Notes under the pieces: model-generated | The model's input: the letters and a program-made list of their open reading frames with translations, nothing else | What the model was told of the DNA's origin: nothing | The model's database searches: none | Program-made: the position numbers and the translations under genes | Shown here: positions 8,674 through 15,715 of the stretch, one piece after another | Numbering within the stretch: position 1 is the stretch's first letter | Layout: each line of letters opens with the position of its first letter | Virus record (IMG/VR): IMGVR_UViG_3300046007_012347 | DNA: 20,000 nt | Direction: 5' to 3' (one strand) | DNA from: an uncultured virus (IMG/VR IMGVR_UViG_3300046007_012347) | Taxonomy: Duplodnaviria; Heunggongvirae; Uroviricota; Caudoviricetes

Positions 8674-8841
8674 ATGGAAACTATCGCGCCATTGTCCGAG
8701 GCTGAATGGGAGGAACTTTGCATGCTCAAGAAAGCAATTGATGATGGTCCGGCCACTGTCGCGGCCTCTCGCATGGAACGTTTCACTGAATTGTTTGTTC
8801 GTACTCTCCATGGGAAAGGAGACACCATGAGAAGCGTGTAG
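8674..8841 (+). CDS. small hypothetical protein, 55 aa (not in ORF track)
   Basis: Manual translation METIAPLSEAEWEELCMLKKAIDDGPATVAASRMERFTELFVRTLHGKGDTMRSV*. Confidence 0.65.
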   Translation: METIAPLSEAEWEELCMLKKAIDDGPATVAASRMERFTELFVRTLHGKGDTMRSV

Positions 8842-8883
8842 CCAAAAGCTTCGCCTACAATGCGAGGAGCAAAATGATAAACA

Positions 8884-9639
8884 ATGCCTCGCCCAGAAAT
8901 TGAATTTGCCACGCCTGAAGAAGAAGAGGCTTATGCAAGGAAAGCTTTAACAAAAGCAGGCGTACCAATCACGCAGTATGAAGCCATTCGTGAGCATAAA
9001 TCCAGGGGCGGCACACACGGTCCTGGTGTTTATACCAGGGAAATGCTTGGCGTAAGGCGATGGATGGTGCAAGAATTGTTGGCAGCAAAGATGAGCAATC
9101 GTCAGATTGCAAATGTTTTACAACTAAGCAAAGAAACAGTCAATGGAGATAGGCATTTCAATAGGGATCTTTACACGCAGGAAATTCTCAAGAATCAAGA
9201 CACGCATCGGGCGCGTCTCCTCAAGGAGCAAATGGACCTGAAAGAGCTTGCATTGGCAAGCTTTGAAACCAGTAAGCGCAAGAAGACAGTCACCATCATG
9301 GACGGCGGTGACGATGGCAGCAAGGAAATGGTGAAGATTGAAGAAAGTGCCGGCGATGCCTCGTTCCTCAACGTGGCCAAGAATTCCTTGGTGGAGCAAG
9401 CAAAGCTCTTGGGCCTCAACGAAATCAAGCCCGTAGAAAACCAAGACACTTCCTACCGAACGTTCCTGAAAGACCTTTCCTCCACCATTGAAAAGGAGAA
9501 GGAAGCGAAGGCTACGGAAGAACGGCGTGGCAATTCTCTTCTTGCGTCCGCTGAGACCATCAGCTTTGATGCTGAACCAGAAAGCGAGCCCCTTCCTGAA
9601 ACCATGCCTTTACAAACAATTAACGAAGATGATTATTGA
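8884..9639 (+). CDS. HTH domain protein, possible terminase small subunit
   Basis: RRWMVQELLAAKMSNRQIANVLQLSKETVNGD helix-turn-helix followed by helical region, beta-hairpin (KKTVT...VKIEE), GDASFL...AKLLGL and an acidic tail. Confidence 0.55.
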   Translation: MPRPEIEFATPEEEEAYARKALTKAGVPITQYEAIREHKSRGGTHGPGVYTREMLGVRRWMVQELLAAKMSNRQIANVLQLSKETVNGDRHFNRDLYTQEILKNQDTHRARLLKEQMDLKELALASFETSKRKKTVTIMDGGDDGSKEMVKIEESAGDASFLNVAKNSLVEQAKLLGLNEIKPVENQDTSYRTFLKDLSSTIEKEKEAKATEERRGNSLLASAETISFDAEPESEPLPETMPLQTINEDDY

Positions 9640-9685
9640 CAATGGCGCCTTAAGGCGCCATTATTAGCGAAATGCTTCCCTTGCA

Positions 9686-10111
9686 TTGGACCAGTTTGAT
9701 TCCGTTGATCAATTCCTTCGCCAAGCCATAGCGGCCAAAGACGGCAAGCGTGAAGCCATCAGCAAAAGCATCTCCCCTGGTCTGCAAGACCATGGCACCG
9801 TAGGCATTCCGCCAAAATTGGCTGCCTCCATAGAAGCCATGCTCCAGAAGCACGGCGATGAAACCTACAGGCAAATCGCCCTGTTCTGCCTGGGCAAATG
9901 GTTTGAGCTGCACATTGGTATGTTTGAAGAGTTGATTGGCGAGGAGCCAAGCATGGCTTGCTCATGTTTGATGGATGCCACACGCATTGCAGATTCTCTC
10001 CACCTCCTCTCAGAAATCAATAGCATTGGAGGCGACGGCAGATGGAAGCCCATGCTTGAAGAAACGCTCAGTCAGCACATTCTTGAAGAGCTTGAGGAGG
10101 AATGTTGGTAA
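9686..10111 (+). CDS. hypothetical protein
   Basis: 141 aa ORF (TTG start), stop overlaps the next ATG (TAATG). Confidence 0.65.
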   Translation: MDQFDSVDQFLRQAIAAKDGKREAISKSISPGLQDHGTVGIPPKLAASIEAMLQKHGDETYRQIALFCLGKWFELHIGMFEELIGEEPSMACSCLMDATRIADSLHLLSEINSIGGDGRWKPMLEETLSQHILEELEEECW

Positions 10112-10281
10112 TGGCATCTTCTTGTCGCACTTATTTAATCACCACTTACGAAGGAAAGAAAATCGCCCTTGGGGCGATTTCGGCAAAACAAGCTGAACAC
10201 TTTATGCTTGCAATGCGCCCTGACGTAAGGATTGCAATGATCGAGGAGATTCCTCCTCTTCCCGAAGATCCTCAACTATGA
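10111..10281 (+). CDS. small hypothetical protein, 56 aa (MASSCRTYLITT...)
   Basis: Manual translation; TAATG overlap upstream and ATGA overlap downstream. Confidence 0.6.
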   Translation: MASSCRTYLITTYEGKKIALGAISAKQAEHFMLAMRPDVRIAMIEEIPPLPEDPQL

Positions 10282-10448
10282 CTTTCTCTTTCCATTGCAC
10301 TGAAGCCACTGGTCATCTTCGGCTAGGACAGTTTTGTTTTCAATGGAGGAATAGCTTTCTCCTTGGCACAATGTATGACGGCTTTGGTGAAAGCAAAATC
10401 ACCATTGGTTCACGCTCCTTTAATTTCGGACAGTTTCGTTTCGCCTAA
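10278..10448 (+). CDS. small hypothetical protein, 56 aa (MTFSFHCTEATGHL...)
   Basis: Manual translation; ATGA-coupled; stop 2 nt before the next ATG. Confidence 0.55.
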   Translation: MTFSFHCTEATGHLRLGQFCFQWRNSFLLGTMYDGFGESKITIGSRSFNFGQFRFA

Positions 10449-10450
10449 CC

Positions 10451-10873
10451 ATGGACATCCAGCTCTCATTTGTTGAAGAGCATTCACTGCCTCGCATGGT
10501 ACACATTTGCATTCCTCCTCAGCTCCAAGAGGATGTGAGGGCGTTAGCGATGGAAGAGCCTCCCATTCATCCAGCATGGCGCAAGGCTCAAGCCAAGGGC
10601 AGGCATTTTGTCATTGCTACGAACGAGCTGGATGACATTACGGAACTTGCCGACTTTGCCCGTACCAACATCGAGGAGCCCGAAGAGCCTCTGAGCAAGC
10701 CAAAGCGCCAAGCCTATCAAATCCTCCTTGATCGCGCATTCAGGCATGCTGAGCTAGAGCCTATGGGCGCTTGCCATGCCATTGCCACGAAATGGAGGAA
10801 GCAGCCTTTGCCATGCCAGAAAAATCTCAGTATTGCCACGCAGGCATTGCGACAGCCAATCAGGCCTTTGTAA
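10451..10873 (+). CDS. hypothetical protein
   Basis: 140 aa ATG ORF followed by a hairpin with T tract. Confidence 0.7.
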   Translation: MDIQLSFVEEHSLPRMVHICIPPQLQEDVRALAMEEPPIHPAWRKAQAKGRHFVIATNELDDITELADFARTNIEEPEEPLSKPKRQAYQILLDRAFRHAELEPMGACHAIATKWRKQPLPCQKNLSIATQALRQPIRPL

Positions 10874-10885
10874 CGATTTGTTAAC

Positions 10886-10908
10886 GGCCCCCTTGATGGG
10901 GGCCTTTT
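10886..10908 (+). terminator. intrinsic terminator-like hairpin
   Basis: ggccccc-ttgat-gggggcc-tttt. Confidence 0.6.
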
Positions 10909-10964
10909 GCTGGCATACTTTGCTCATGCGACGGCGAACGTCGCTAGCCCTCCGCTTTTCCATC

Positions 10965-11297
10965 GTGACCACCACGTTCAGCCACACTCTTCCCGATCAA
11001 CCCATTTGCGCCTTCAAGGATGGAGAATTGGCAATGTTCTTCGGCCAGCCAATGGTGACGCGCAGTTTCTCCATGGGAGACCTTCAAGAATTTATCTGCA
11101 CCATTGAAAAGGCCATAGCTGAAGAGCCTAATTTTGTGCAGCAAATGGCTCTTGAACGCATTCGCTCTGCGTTTATTGTGAGCCTTGACATGCTCAAGGA
11201 GAACCATGAAGAGCTTCAGAAAGAGGCTCCGCTTGGTGCCGACTTCGAGGAATATCTGATGAACTACAACAATGCCATTAAAGGAGGCAAACTGTGA
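10965..11297 (+). CDS. hypothetical protein
   Basis: Frame of track ORF 10776..11297; GTG start at 10965 inferred after a pyrimidine-rich leader. Confidence 0.6.
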   Translation: MTTTFSHTLPDQPICAFKDGELAMFFGQPMVTRSFSMGDLQEFICTIEKAIAEEPNFVQQMALERIRSAFIVSLDMLKENHEELQKEAPLGADFEEYLMNYNNAIKGGKL

Positions 11298-11470
11298 GCA
11301 CGCCCAAAGACACACTTACGGACGCTATTTTTGATTACTTTGACAATGACAATGGCGATCAGTTCGTTAAAGATCTCGCGGAATTGTTGGCGAAAGATCG
11401 GGATCATCATCTTAGGAAATTTCGCGCTCTCTCTCATGCCTACGAACAGCTCTTTGGCCAATCATTCTGA
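11294..11470 (+). CDS. small hypothetical protein, 58 aa (MSTPKDTLTDAIFDYF...)
   Basis: GTGA overlap with the upstream stop, aaggagg upstream. Confidence 0.6.
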   Translation: MSTPKDTLTDAIFDYFDNDNGDQFVKDLAELLAKDRDHHLRKFRALSHAYEQLFGQSF

Positions 11471-11474
11471 CCCA

Positions 11475-11609
11475 TTGCTTGATTGGGACCATGACAAGCG
11501 AAGCGTGATGCAACTTACCACTGCGAAGCTTGAGCGCAGGCTTCAATACTGGCGAGAAAAGGAGCAGGAGGAAATCCTCAAGCGCTATCGTCTCATCACT
11601 TCCATCTGA
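11475..11609 (+). CDS. small hypothetical protein
   Basis: 3' part of track ORF 11331..11609; TTG start inferred. Confidence 0.4.
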   Translation: MLDWDHDKRSVMQLTTAKLERRLQYWREKEQEEILKRYRLITSI

Positions 11610-11611
11610 TC

Positions 11612-11929
11612 ATGACTAACCAACATCCAATCACCCCACCGCCAGAGCTGGTAGAGCAGTGGATGCAAGATCACGCCACTAGGTACGACTTGGCTCGTCA
11701 AGCCGCCCAATGGGGCAGCGACCAGGAGCTGGAGGCGTGCTGTGAGTGGCTTAGTGTTCCTTGCCCCAGTTACGGACGTGAACTCCGCAATGCCCGCCGC
11801 CCCAAGCCGCCGAGCTTGAAGGAGCAGGCGCTGGCTGAGCTTGAAAGATGGGCCGAAGATAAGTATGGCCTTCACAAAGGGCTGGAAGTTGGCCTCATCC
11901 GCCGCGCTCTGGAGGCACTTGATGACTGA
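11612..11929 (+). CDS. HPITPPPEL-family phage protein, copy 1
   Basis: 105 aa; paralogue of the adjacent gene. Confidence 0.8.
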   Translation: MTNQHPITPPPELVEQWMQDHATRYDLARQAAQWGSDQELEACCEWLSVPCPSYGRELRNARRPKPPSLKEQALAELERWAEDKYGLHKGLEVGLIRRALEALDD

Positions 11930-12527
11930 CAACCACCCGATCACCCCGCCGCCGGAGCTGCTGCAGCTTTGGTTTGAGCAGCGCTACGACTACGACAAGG
12001 GAATCAATGAACTTCTGATTGAAGCCGCTCAGTACGGCGCTGACCAGGAGCTGCAGGCGTGCTGTGAGTGGCTGGAAGAAATTGGCCCGTCAGGAGTACA
12101 GCTATGGGGGGATGATTTGCGTAAGAATCGCCGGCCCAAGCCGCCGAGCTTGAAGGAGGAGGCGCTGGCAGCGTTAGACGACGCGATAATGAGGGGTGAC
12201 TGCATCACTATTTCTGACGCATTGCCAACCATCCGCCGTGCCCTTGAAGAACTTCCTGAGAAAATGACTAACCTCTCTCCCGCCGCGCAGGCAGTGTTTT
12301 GGGAATTTAACAGCGCGTTTGACTGGGTTCAAGATGGTGCTCCAGGACCTCAGTACAAAGCTATTGCCGCTGCCCTGCGAGCTGCTGCGGATCAAGTGGT
12401 GCCAGATCAACAAGAGCCAGCCAGCTCACCGCACATGGGCAATTTCATCACCAATGCACATTGGCGCCAATGCCAAGCTATCCGCACCCAACTCCTCGCA
12501 ATTGCTATCGAGCTTGAAGCCCAGTAG
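11922..12527 (+). CDS. HPITPPPEL-family phage protein, copy 2, fused in frame to an MTNLSPAAQAV module
   Basis: ATG 11922 (MTDNHPITPPPEL) overlaps the copy-1 stop; internal MTNLS at 12264. Confidence 0.75.
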   Translation: MTDNHPITPPPELLQLWFEQRYDYDKGINELLIEAAQYGADQELQACCEWLEEIGPSGVQLWGDDLRKNRRPKPPSLKEEALAALDDAIMRGDCITISDALPTIRRALEELPEKMTNLSPAAQAVFWEFNSAFDWVQDGAPGPQYKAIAAALRAAADQVVPDQQEPASSPHMGNFITNAHWRQCQAIRTQLLAIAIELEAQ

Positions 12528-12562
12528 TCAGACCCGCTTCTCGTTGCTGTCAAATTATCACA

Positions 12563-12591
12563 ATTCTCAATAAATGCGGTTTATTGAGAAT
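12563..12591. repeat. perfect AT-rich inverted repeat ATTCTCAATAAA-TGCGG-TTTATTGAGAAT
   Basis: 12-bp perfect arms read directly, between convergent genes. Confidence 0.85.
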
Positions 12592-12595
12592 CCTA

Positions 12596-12793
12596 CTAAG
12601 GCCCCTTGAGGGGCTTTTTCTTTGTCCATGTAGTGTCACCAGGAAGAGGCTCCAACCCAAATTCCCAATCGTCGTAATCGGCCATATTTCTTAAAACACT
12701 CGCGTAATCTTCTTCATTGCGAGGATCGTAAACTTCTCCACTTGCCATCCATCGCTTAAGTCTTTCTCTTTCCTGCTCTGCAGAAAGCTTCAT
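12596..12793 (-). CDS. hypothetical protein
   Basis: 65 aa ATG ORF downstream of the candidate ncRNA terminator. Confidence 0.6.
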   Translation of the reverse strand: MKLSAEQERERLKRWMASGEVYDPRNEEDYASVLRNMADYDDWEFGLEPLPGDTTWTKKKPLKGP

Positions 12794-12823
12794 GACATTC
12801 TCCTAGCCCTTTAAGCATAGGCA

Positions 12824-13028
12824 AAAGAAAAGGGGCCTTACAGCCCCTTCCCTTCACATCCTCCGATGCCTCTGTCCCTAAAGATACAAGGGAGATGATG
12901 CGCCTCGCAGGAGACCATGCATAACTCCTTGGCTAAGCCATACGGCTTTGCCCGCATCATCAGAGGCGTCCACCCTCACGGCTCGCCCGAAGACGAGAGC
13001 AGCAATTAAGCCGCCAGGACCGAATGCT
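12824..13028 (-). ncRNA. candidate structured non-coding RNA (~200 nt)
   Basis: Extended -10 TGtTATGAT (13034-13042, minus); hairpins including CUCGUC-UUCG-GGCGAG; long-range helices; intrinsic terminator AAGGGGC-UGUAAG-GCCCCUU-UUCUUUU; no ORF of 60 aa or more across it. Confidence 0.6.
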
Positions 13029-13140
13029 CAAAAATCATAACACGCTTTGTCCGATCGGCAGTAACGGCTGGTTTTATGGCACAATGGGCGTTGCCTTGTC
13101 GGAGACGGCATGGCCCTCGCTAGTTCTTTCGTACTAATTG

Positions 13141-13488
13141 ATGAAACGATTCCTTTTCTCTCTCCTGCTGTTATGCCCCATTCAGGCGCAAGCAGCTCTT
13201 GAATGTGGCTATGCCTCTCATTACGGCATTGGCGACGGCTACCACGGTCAGCGTGCTGCTGACGGCTCTCGCTTCGATGCCTACGGTCGCACTGCCGCCC
13301 ATCCATGGCTTCCATTTGGCACGCAATTGCGCGTGAAGAATCGCAACAATGGAAAGTCAGTGACGGTGACAGTCACAGATAGAGGCCCATACTACGGAGG
13401 CCGAATCTTGGACTTGTCCTACGGCAGCTTCGCTCGCATTGCTTCCCCTTCTCAAGGCGAAGCGTCCATTTGCATCTCAAGATTATGA
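13141..13488 (+). CDS. rlpA: RlpA-like lytic transglycosylase (double-psi beta-barrel) with signal peptide
   Basis: MKRFLFSLLLL signal; GYASHYG, TAAHPWLPFGT.LRV.N..NGKSV.V.VTDRGPY..GRILDLS motifs. Confidence 0.9.
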   Translation: MKRFLFSLLLLCPIQAQAALECGYASHYGIGDGYHGQRAADGSRFDAYGRTAAHPWLPFGTQLRVKNRNNGKSVTVTVTDRGPYYGGRILDLSYGSFARIASPSQGEASICISRL

Positions 13489-13670
13489 AAGACGCAGCTT
13501 CGTTCCTTCTGCTCACCTTGGTCTTCGGACTAGGCGCCTTTGCCATTGTTGCTTCTCCTAATGTGATGGCAAACAAAGAAGGCTTGACAAAGTGCATGCA
13601 GCTCCATCCTGAGCGCTATTGCCGCATTGCAAACGGCTTTCCCGCAAAGCTTGACAGCTCTGCTCAGTAG
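13485..13670 (+). CDS. small membrane/secreted protein
   Basis: ATGA overlap with rlpA; N-terminal hydrophobic helix, C...HP..YC motif. Confidence 0.65.
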   Translation: MKDAASFLLLTLVFGLGAFAIVASPNVMANKEGLTKCMQLHPERYCRIANGFPAKLDSSAQ

Positions 13671-13680
13671 GCTCTACACT
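13651..13680 (+). promoter_or_regulatory. sigma70-type promoter candidate
   Basis: TTGACA (13651-13656), 18-nt spacer, TACACT (13675-13680). Confidence 0.55.
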
Positions 13681-13757
13681 CTCCCTGGATGACGGACGGG
13701 GCTTCCTACGCGGGAGCCCTTCTTTCCTCCTTGTTCTTTCGCTGGCGACAGCTCCTC

Positions 13758-14036
13758 ATGGACAAAACCTCCCGCATTAAACAGTTCATTTTTAATGCTG
13801 GCCACAGCATTGTTTCTGTGGAATTCATTAAGGCTGATGGTTCCATTCGCAAGCTTCAATTCAACCCTTGGGACACCAAGGAAATCAAGGGTACTGGCAC
13901 GGCAGTAAAGAAGCCCAACATTGTGCGTTGTCGTGATTTCTCCATTGCTCGTAAAGAAGGAGAAGGCGCTTGGCGTTCGTTTGATTGTGAGCGCGTGACA
14001 AGCATCAAAGCCAACGGTCAAACCCTCGTCTTCTGA
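13758..14036 (+). CDS. SH3-fold WYL_2/DUF2693-like protein
   Basis: V.F.KADGS.R...GTG...D......AWRSF pattern. Confidence 0.65.
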   Translation: MDKTSRIKQFIFNAGHSIVSVEFIKADGSIRKLQFNPWDTKEIKGTGTAVKKPNIVRCRDFSIARKEGEGAWRSFDCERVTSIKANGQTLVF

Positions 14037-14040
14037 AACA

Positions 14041-14247
14041 ATGCCTCTCTCCCGCACTCAACAAGCCATTGCAAAAATGGTTTCCAATAATGTTCGCCAT
14101 AAATGGCAAGATTACAGCTCTGATGATCGTTCTTCTGCTCGCAGCTTTATTCTTTCCCGCGCTAATAAGCCCGCTCATAAGAGCAAGAAAGACCTGCTTT
14201 TAACGCTTGCAAATGCTTTGCAAGATGACATCTGGAAAGTGCTTTGA
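14041..14247 (+). CDS. hypothetical protein
   Basis: 68 aa ATG ORF; stop overlaps the next ATG (TGATG). Confidence 0.6.
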   Translation: MPLSRTQQAIAKMVSNNVRHKWQDYSSDDRSSARSFILSRANKPAHKSKKDLLLTLANALQDDIWKVL

Positions 14248-14438
14248 TGGCAACAAAAGATAATAGAAGAGCAGTAATGGCCTTGGCTGCAAAGTATGGC
14301 TTTATTCTCCAGCGTGAGAAAAAGCACTATGTCTTTAAGCATCCTTCTGGCAAGATATTTTGCACAAGCAAAAGCACTTTAGACAAGCGCTTCCTAAGAA
14401 ACGTTGAAAGTTTTATTAAGCGCACTCTTTCCTCCTGA
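14247..14438 (+). CDS. HicA-like (dsRBD-fold) small basic protein
   Basis: helix - GF...R..KHY.FKHPSG - strand - C-terminal helix pattern; 63 aa, basic. Confidence 0.55.
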   Translation: MATKDNRRAVMALAAKYGFILQREKKHYVFKHPSGKIFCTSKSTLDKRFLRNVESFIKRTLSS

Positions 14439-14449
14439 TCTTTAAAACC

Positions 14450-14821
14450 ATGCTTTCCCTCCTTCTCGCAACTGCACTGCCCGAACTGCCTCCCGTGCAG
14501 CAACAAGCTCTTTCTAAAGAAGAAGCGCTCCTAGAGCGCATCATCAAAGAAGGGCAAACTGCCACTGAACGTAAATTTGGCGACTGTCACTACGCCTGGG
14601 GCTCCTGGAAGCTTTCCTCTGATGGCGTCAGAACTACAACGCGCCAATGCAAAGATGAAAGCGCTCACACGCCAGTGTCAATCGCCGTTAGCTGCCCGCT
14701 CCTGAAAGTGAACGTGCTTCAAGACAAGCAATGGCAAGGCTGGCGTAGTCCAGTGGCAAAAGGCGCAAAACCAGGAGAAGCCAATATGGTGGCTGCTCTC
14801 TGCGCCAACGTCACTAACTGA
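14450..14821 (+). CDS. secreted/exported hypothetical protein
   Basis: MLSLLLATAL N-terminus, four Cys. Confidence 0.65.
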   Translation: MLSLLLATALPELPPVQQQALSKEEALLERIIKEGQTATERKFGDCHYAWGSWKLSSDGVRTTTRQCKDESAHTPVSIAVSCPLLKVNVLQDKQWQGWRSPVAKGAKPGEANMVAALCANVTN

Positions 14822-14841
14822 GTTTTGTAACGAAAAGCTAC

Positions 14842-14863
14842 AGGCCCCGAAAACGGGGCCTTT
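14842..14863 (+). terminator. intrinsic terminator-like hairpin
   Basis: aggccccg-aaaa-cggggcct-tttt. Confidence 0.65.
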
Positions 14864-14906
14864 TTCTTGTATTGTTCCTAAGTGTTCGGCGGCGACGCCT
14901 CTCCAA

Positions 14907-15167
14907 ATGGCAACCATCCCCACCATCCATCTCAACGGCACCGGCTTCACCACGCTGCGTGATGAATACGCTGCTGCGTACGATGCCATTGATAAAGCAA
15001 TGGAAGCACTTGCGGCGGCCACTCTCAATGGGCGCGATTACTACCCACAGGAACCTGGCGCTTATTACAAAGCTCGCGCTGAGCGTGATGAAGCTCTAGA
15101 CAAGCTTCGTGATGCCAGCATTTATGTTGGCGAAATGCTCGCTGGCATTTGTGACCAGCAACGCTGA
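14907..15167 (+). CDS. hypothetical phage protein (PTIHLNGT...NGRDYYPQ)
   Basis: 86 aa ATG ORF with its own leader and terminator. Confidence 0.75.
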   Translation: MATIPTIHLNGTGFTTLRDEYAAAYDAIDKAMEALAAATLNGRDYYPQEPGAYYKARAERDEALDKLRDASIYVGEMLAGICDQQR

Positions 15168-15177
15168 TTCCTAGACT

Positions 15178-15200
15178 AGGGGCCATTAGGCCCCTTTTTT
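15178..15200 (+). terminator. intrinsic terminator
   Basis: aggggcc-atta-ggcccct-ttttt. Confidence 0.7.
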
Positions 15201-15413
15201 ATGCCCTTCTCCATTGGAACCCTCGTTGATCTCTACGATTCAGGCTTCAAACAATGGAGAGGCGAATACACAGTGGTGAAGATATATCCTGAAACTGGCC
15301 TGCATAAGATCAAAAACACCAAAACCAACAGTCAACAATTCGTCAGTGAAGACAAGCTTCGTATGGGCCGGCTTCGGCCCTTTCGCATTGAGAGCCTTTA
15401 TGAAGGTTTGTAA
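15201..15413 (+). CDS. small SH3/KOW-like beta protein (hypothetical)
   Basis: F.IGTLV...W.G.Y.VVKI......KIKN......FV.E..L pattern. Confidence 0.6.
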   Translation: MPFSIGTLVDLYDSGFKQWRGEYTVVKIYPETGLHKIKNTKTNSQQFVSEDKLRMGRLRPFRIESLYEGL

Positions 15414-15469
15414 CAAGCCTCGTTGAGCGGGACATGGTGCTGTATTGTTCCTTTGTTCGCAACCAAGCC

Positions 15470-15715
15470 ATGCATTGCACCATCGAAGGCCACAGAGAGG
15501 ATCCCTATCTGGCCAAGCTTGAAGCTGATCGCCAAGCGCAACATAGCGGCTATGGCGTTCGCTCCTATCTTTGCACCGATGGCTCCACAAAATGGGAAGT
15601 CTATGGATGGGAGCGCATAACTGAATTCCAGCTCCACGACACTTCCTACGGCTTGTTTGACCACAAGTGGGAAGCTGAACAGTATTTCAACTCTTGCATT
15701 TACGGCCAACAATGA
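15470..15715 (+). CDS. hypothetical protein (MHCTIEGH...)
   Basis: ATG 15470 after a putative -10; ATGA overlap with the next gene. Confidence 0.65.
   Translation: MHCTIEGHREDPYLAKLEADRQAQHSGYGVRSYLCTDGSTKWEVYGWERITEFQLHDTSYGLFDHKWEAEQYFNSCIYGQQ

Noticed and set aside
11612..12260. Diversity-generating retroelement TR/VR pair
   Set aside because: Differences are not adenine-specific, include indels and whole unrelated segments, and no reverse transcriptase is in the window
12950..12970. Hammerhead ribozyme core CUGAUGA on the minus strand
   Set aside because: No correctly placed GAAA and stem III, and the motif is taken up in other helices
12824..13040. tmRNA (GGGGCTGTAA and a ...VLAA* frame on the minus strand)
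   Set aside because: GGGGCTGTAA is one arm of the terminator hairpin; no T-arm or CCA acceptor end is present
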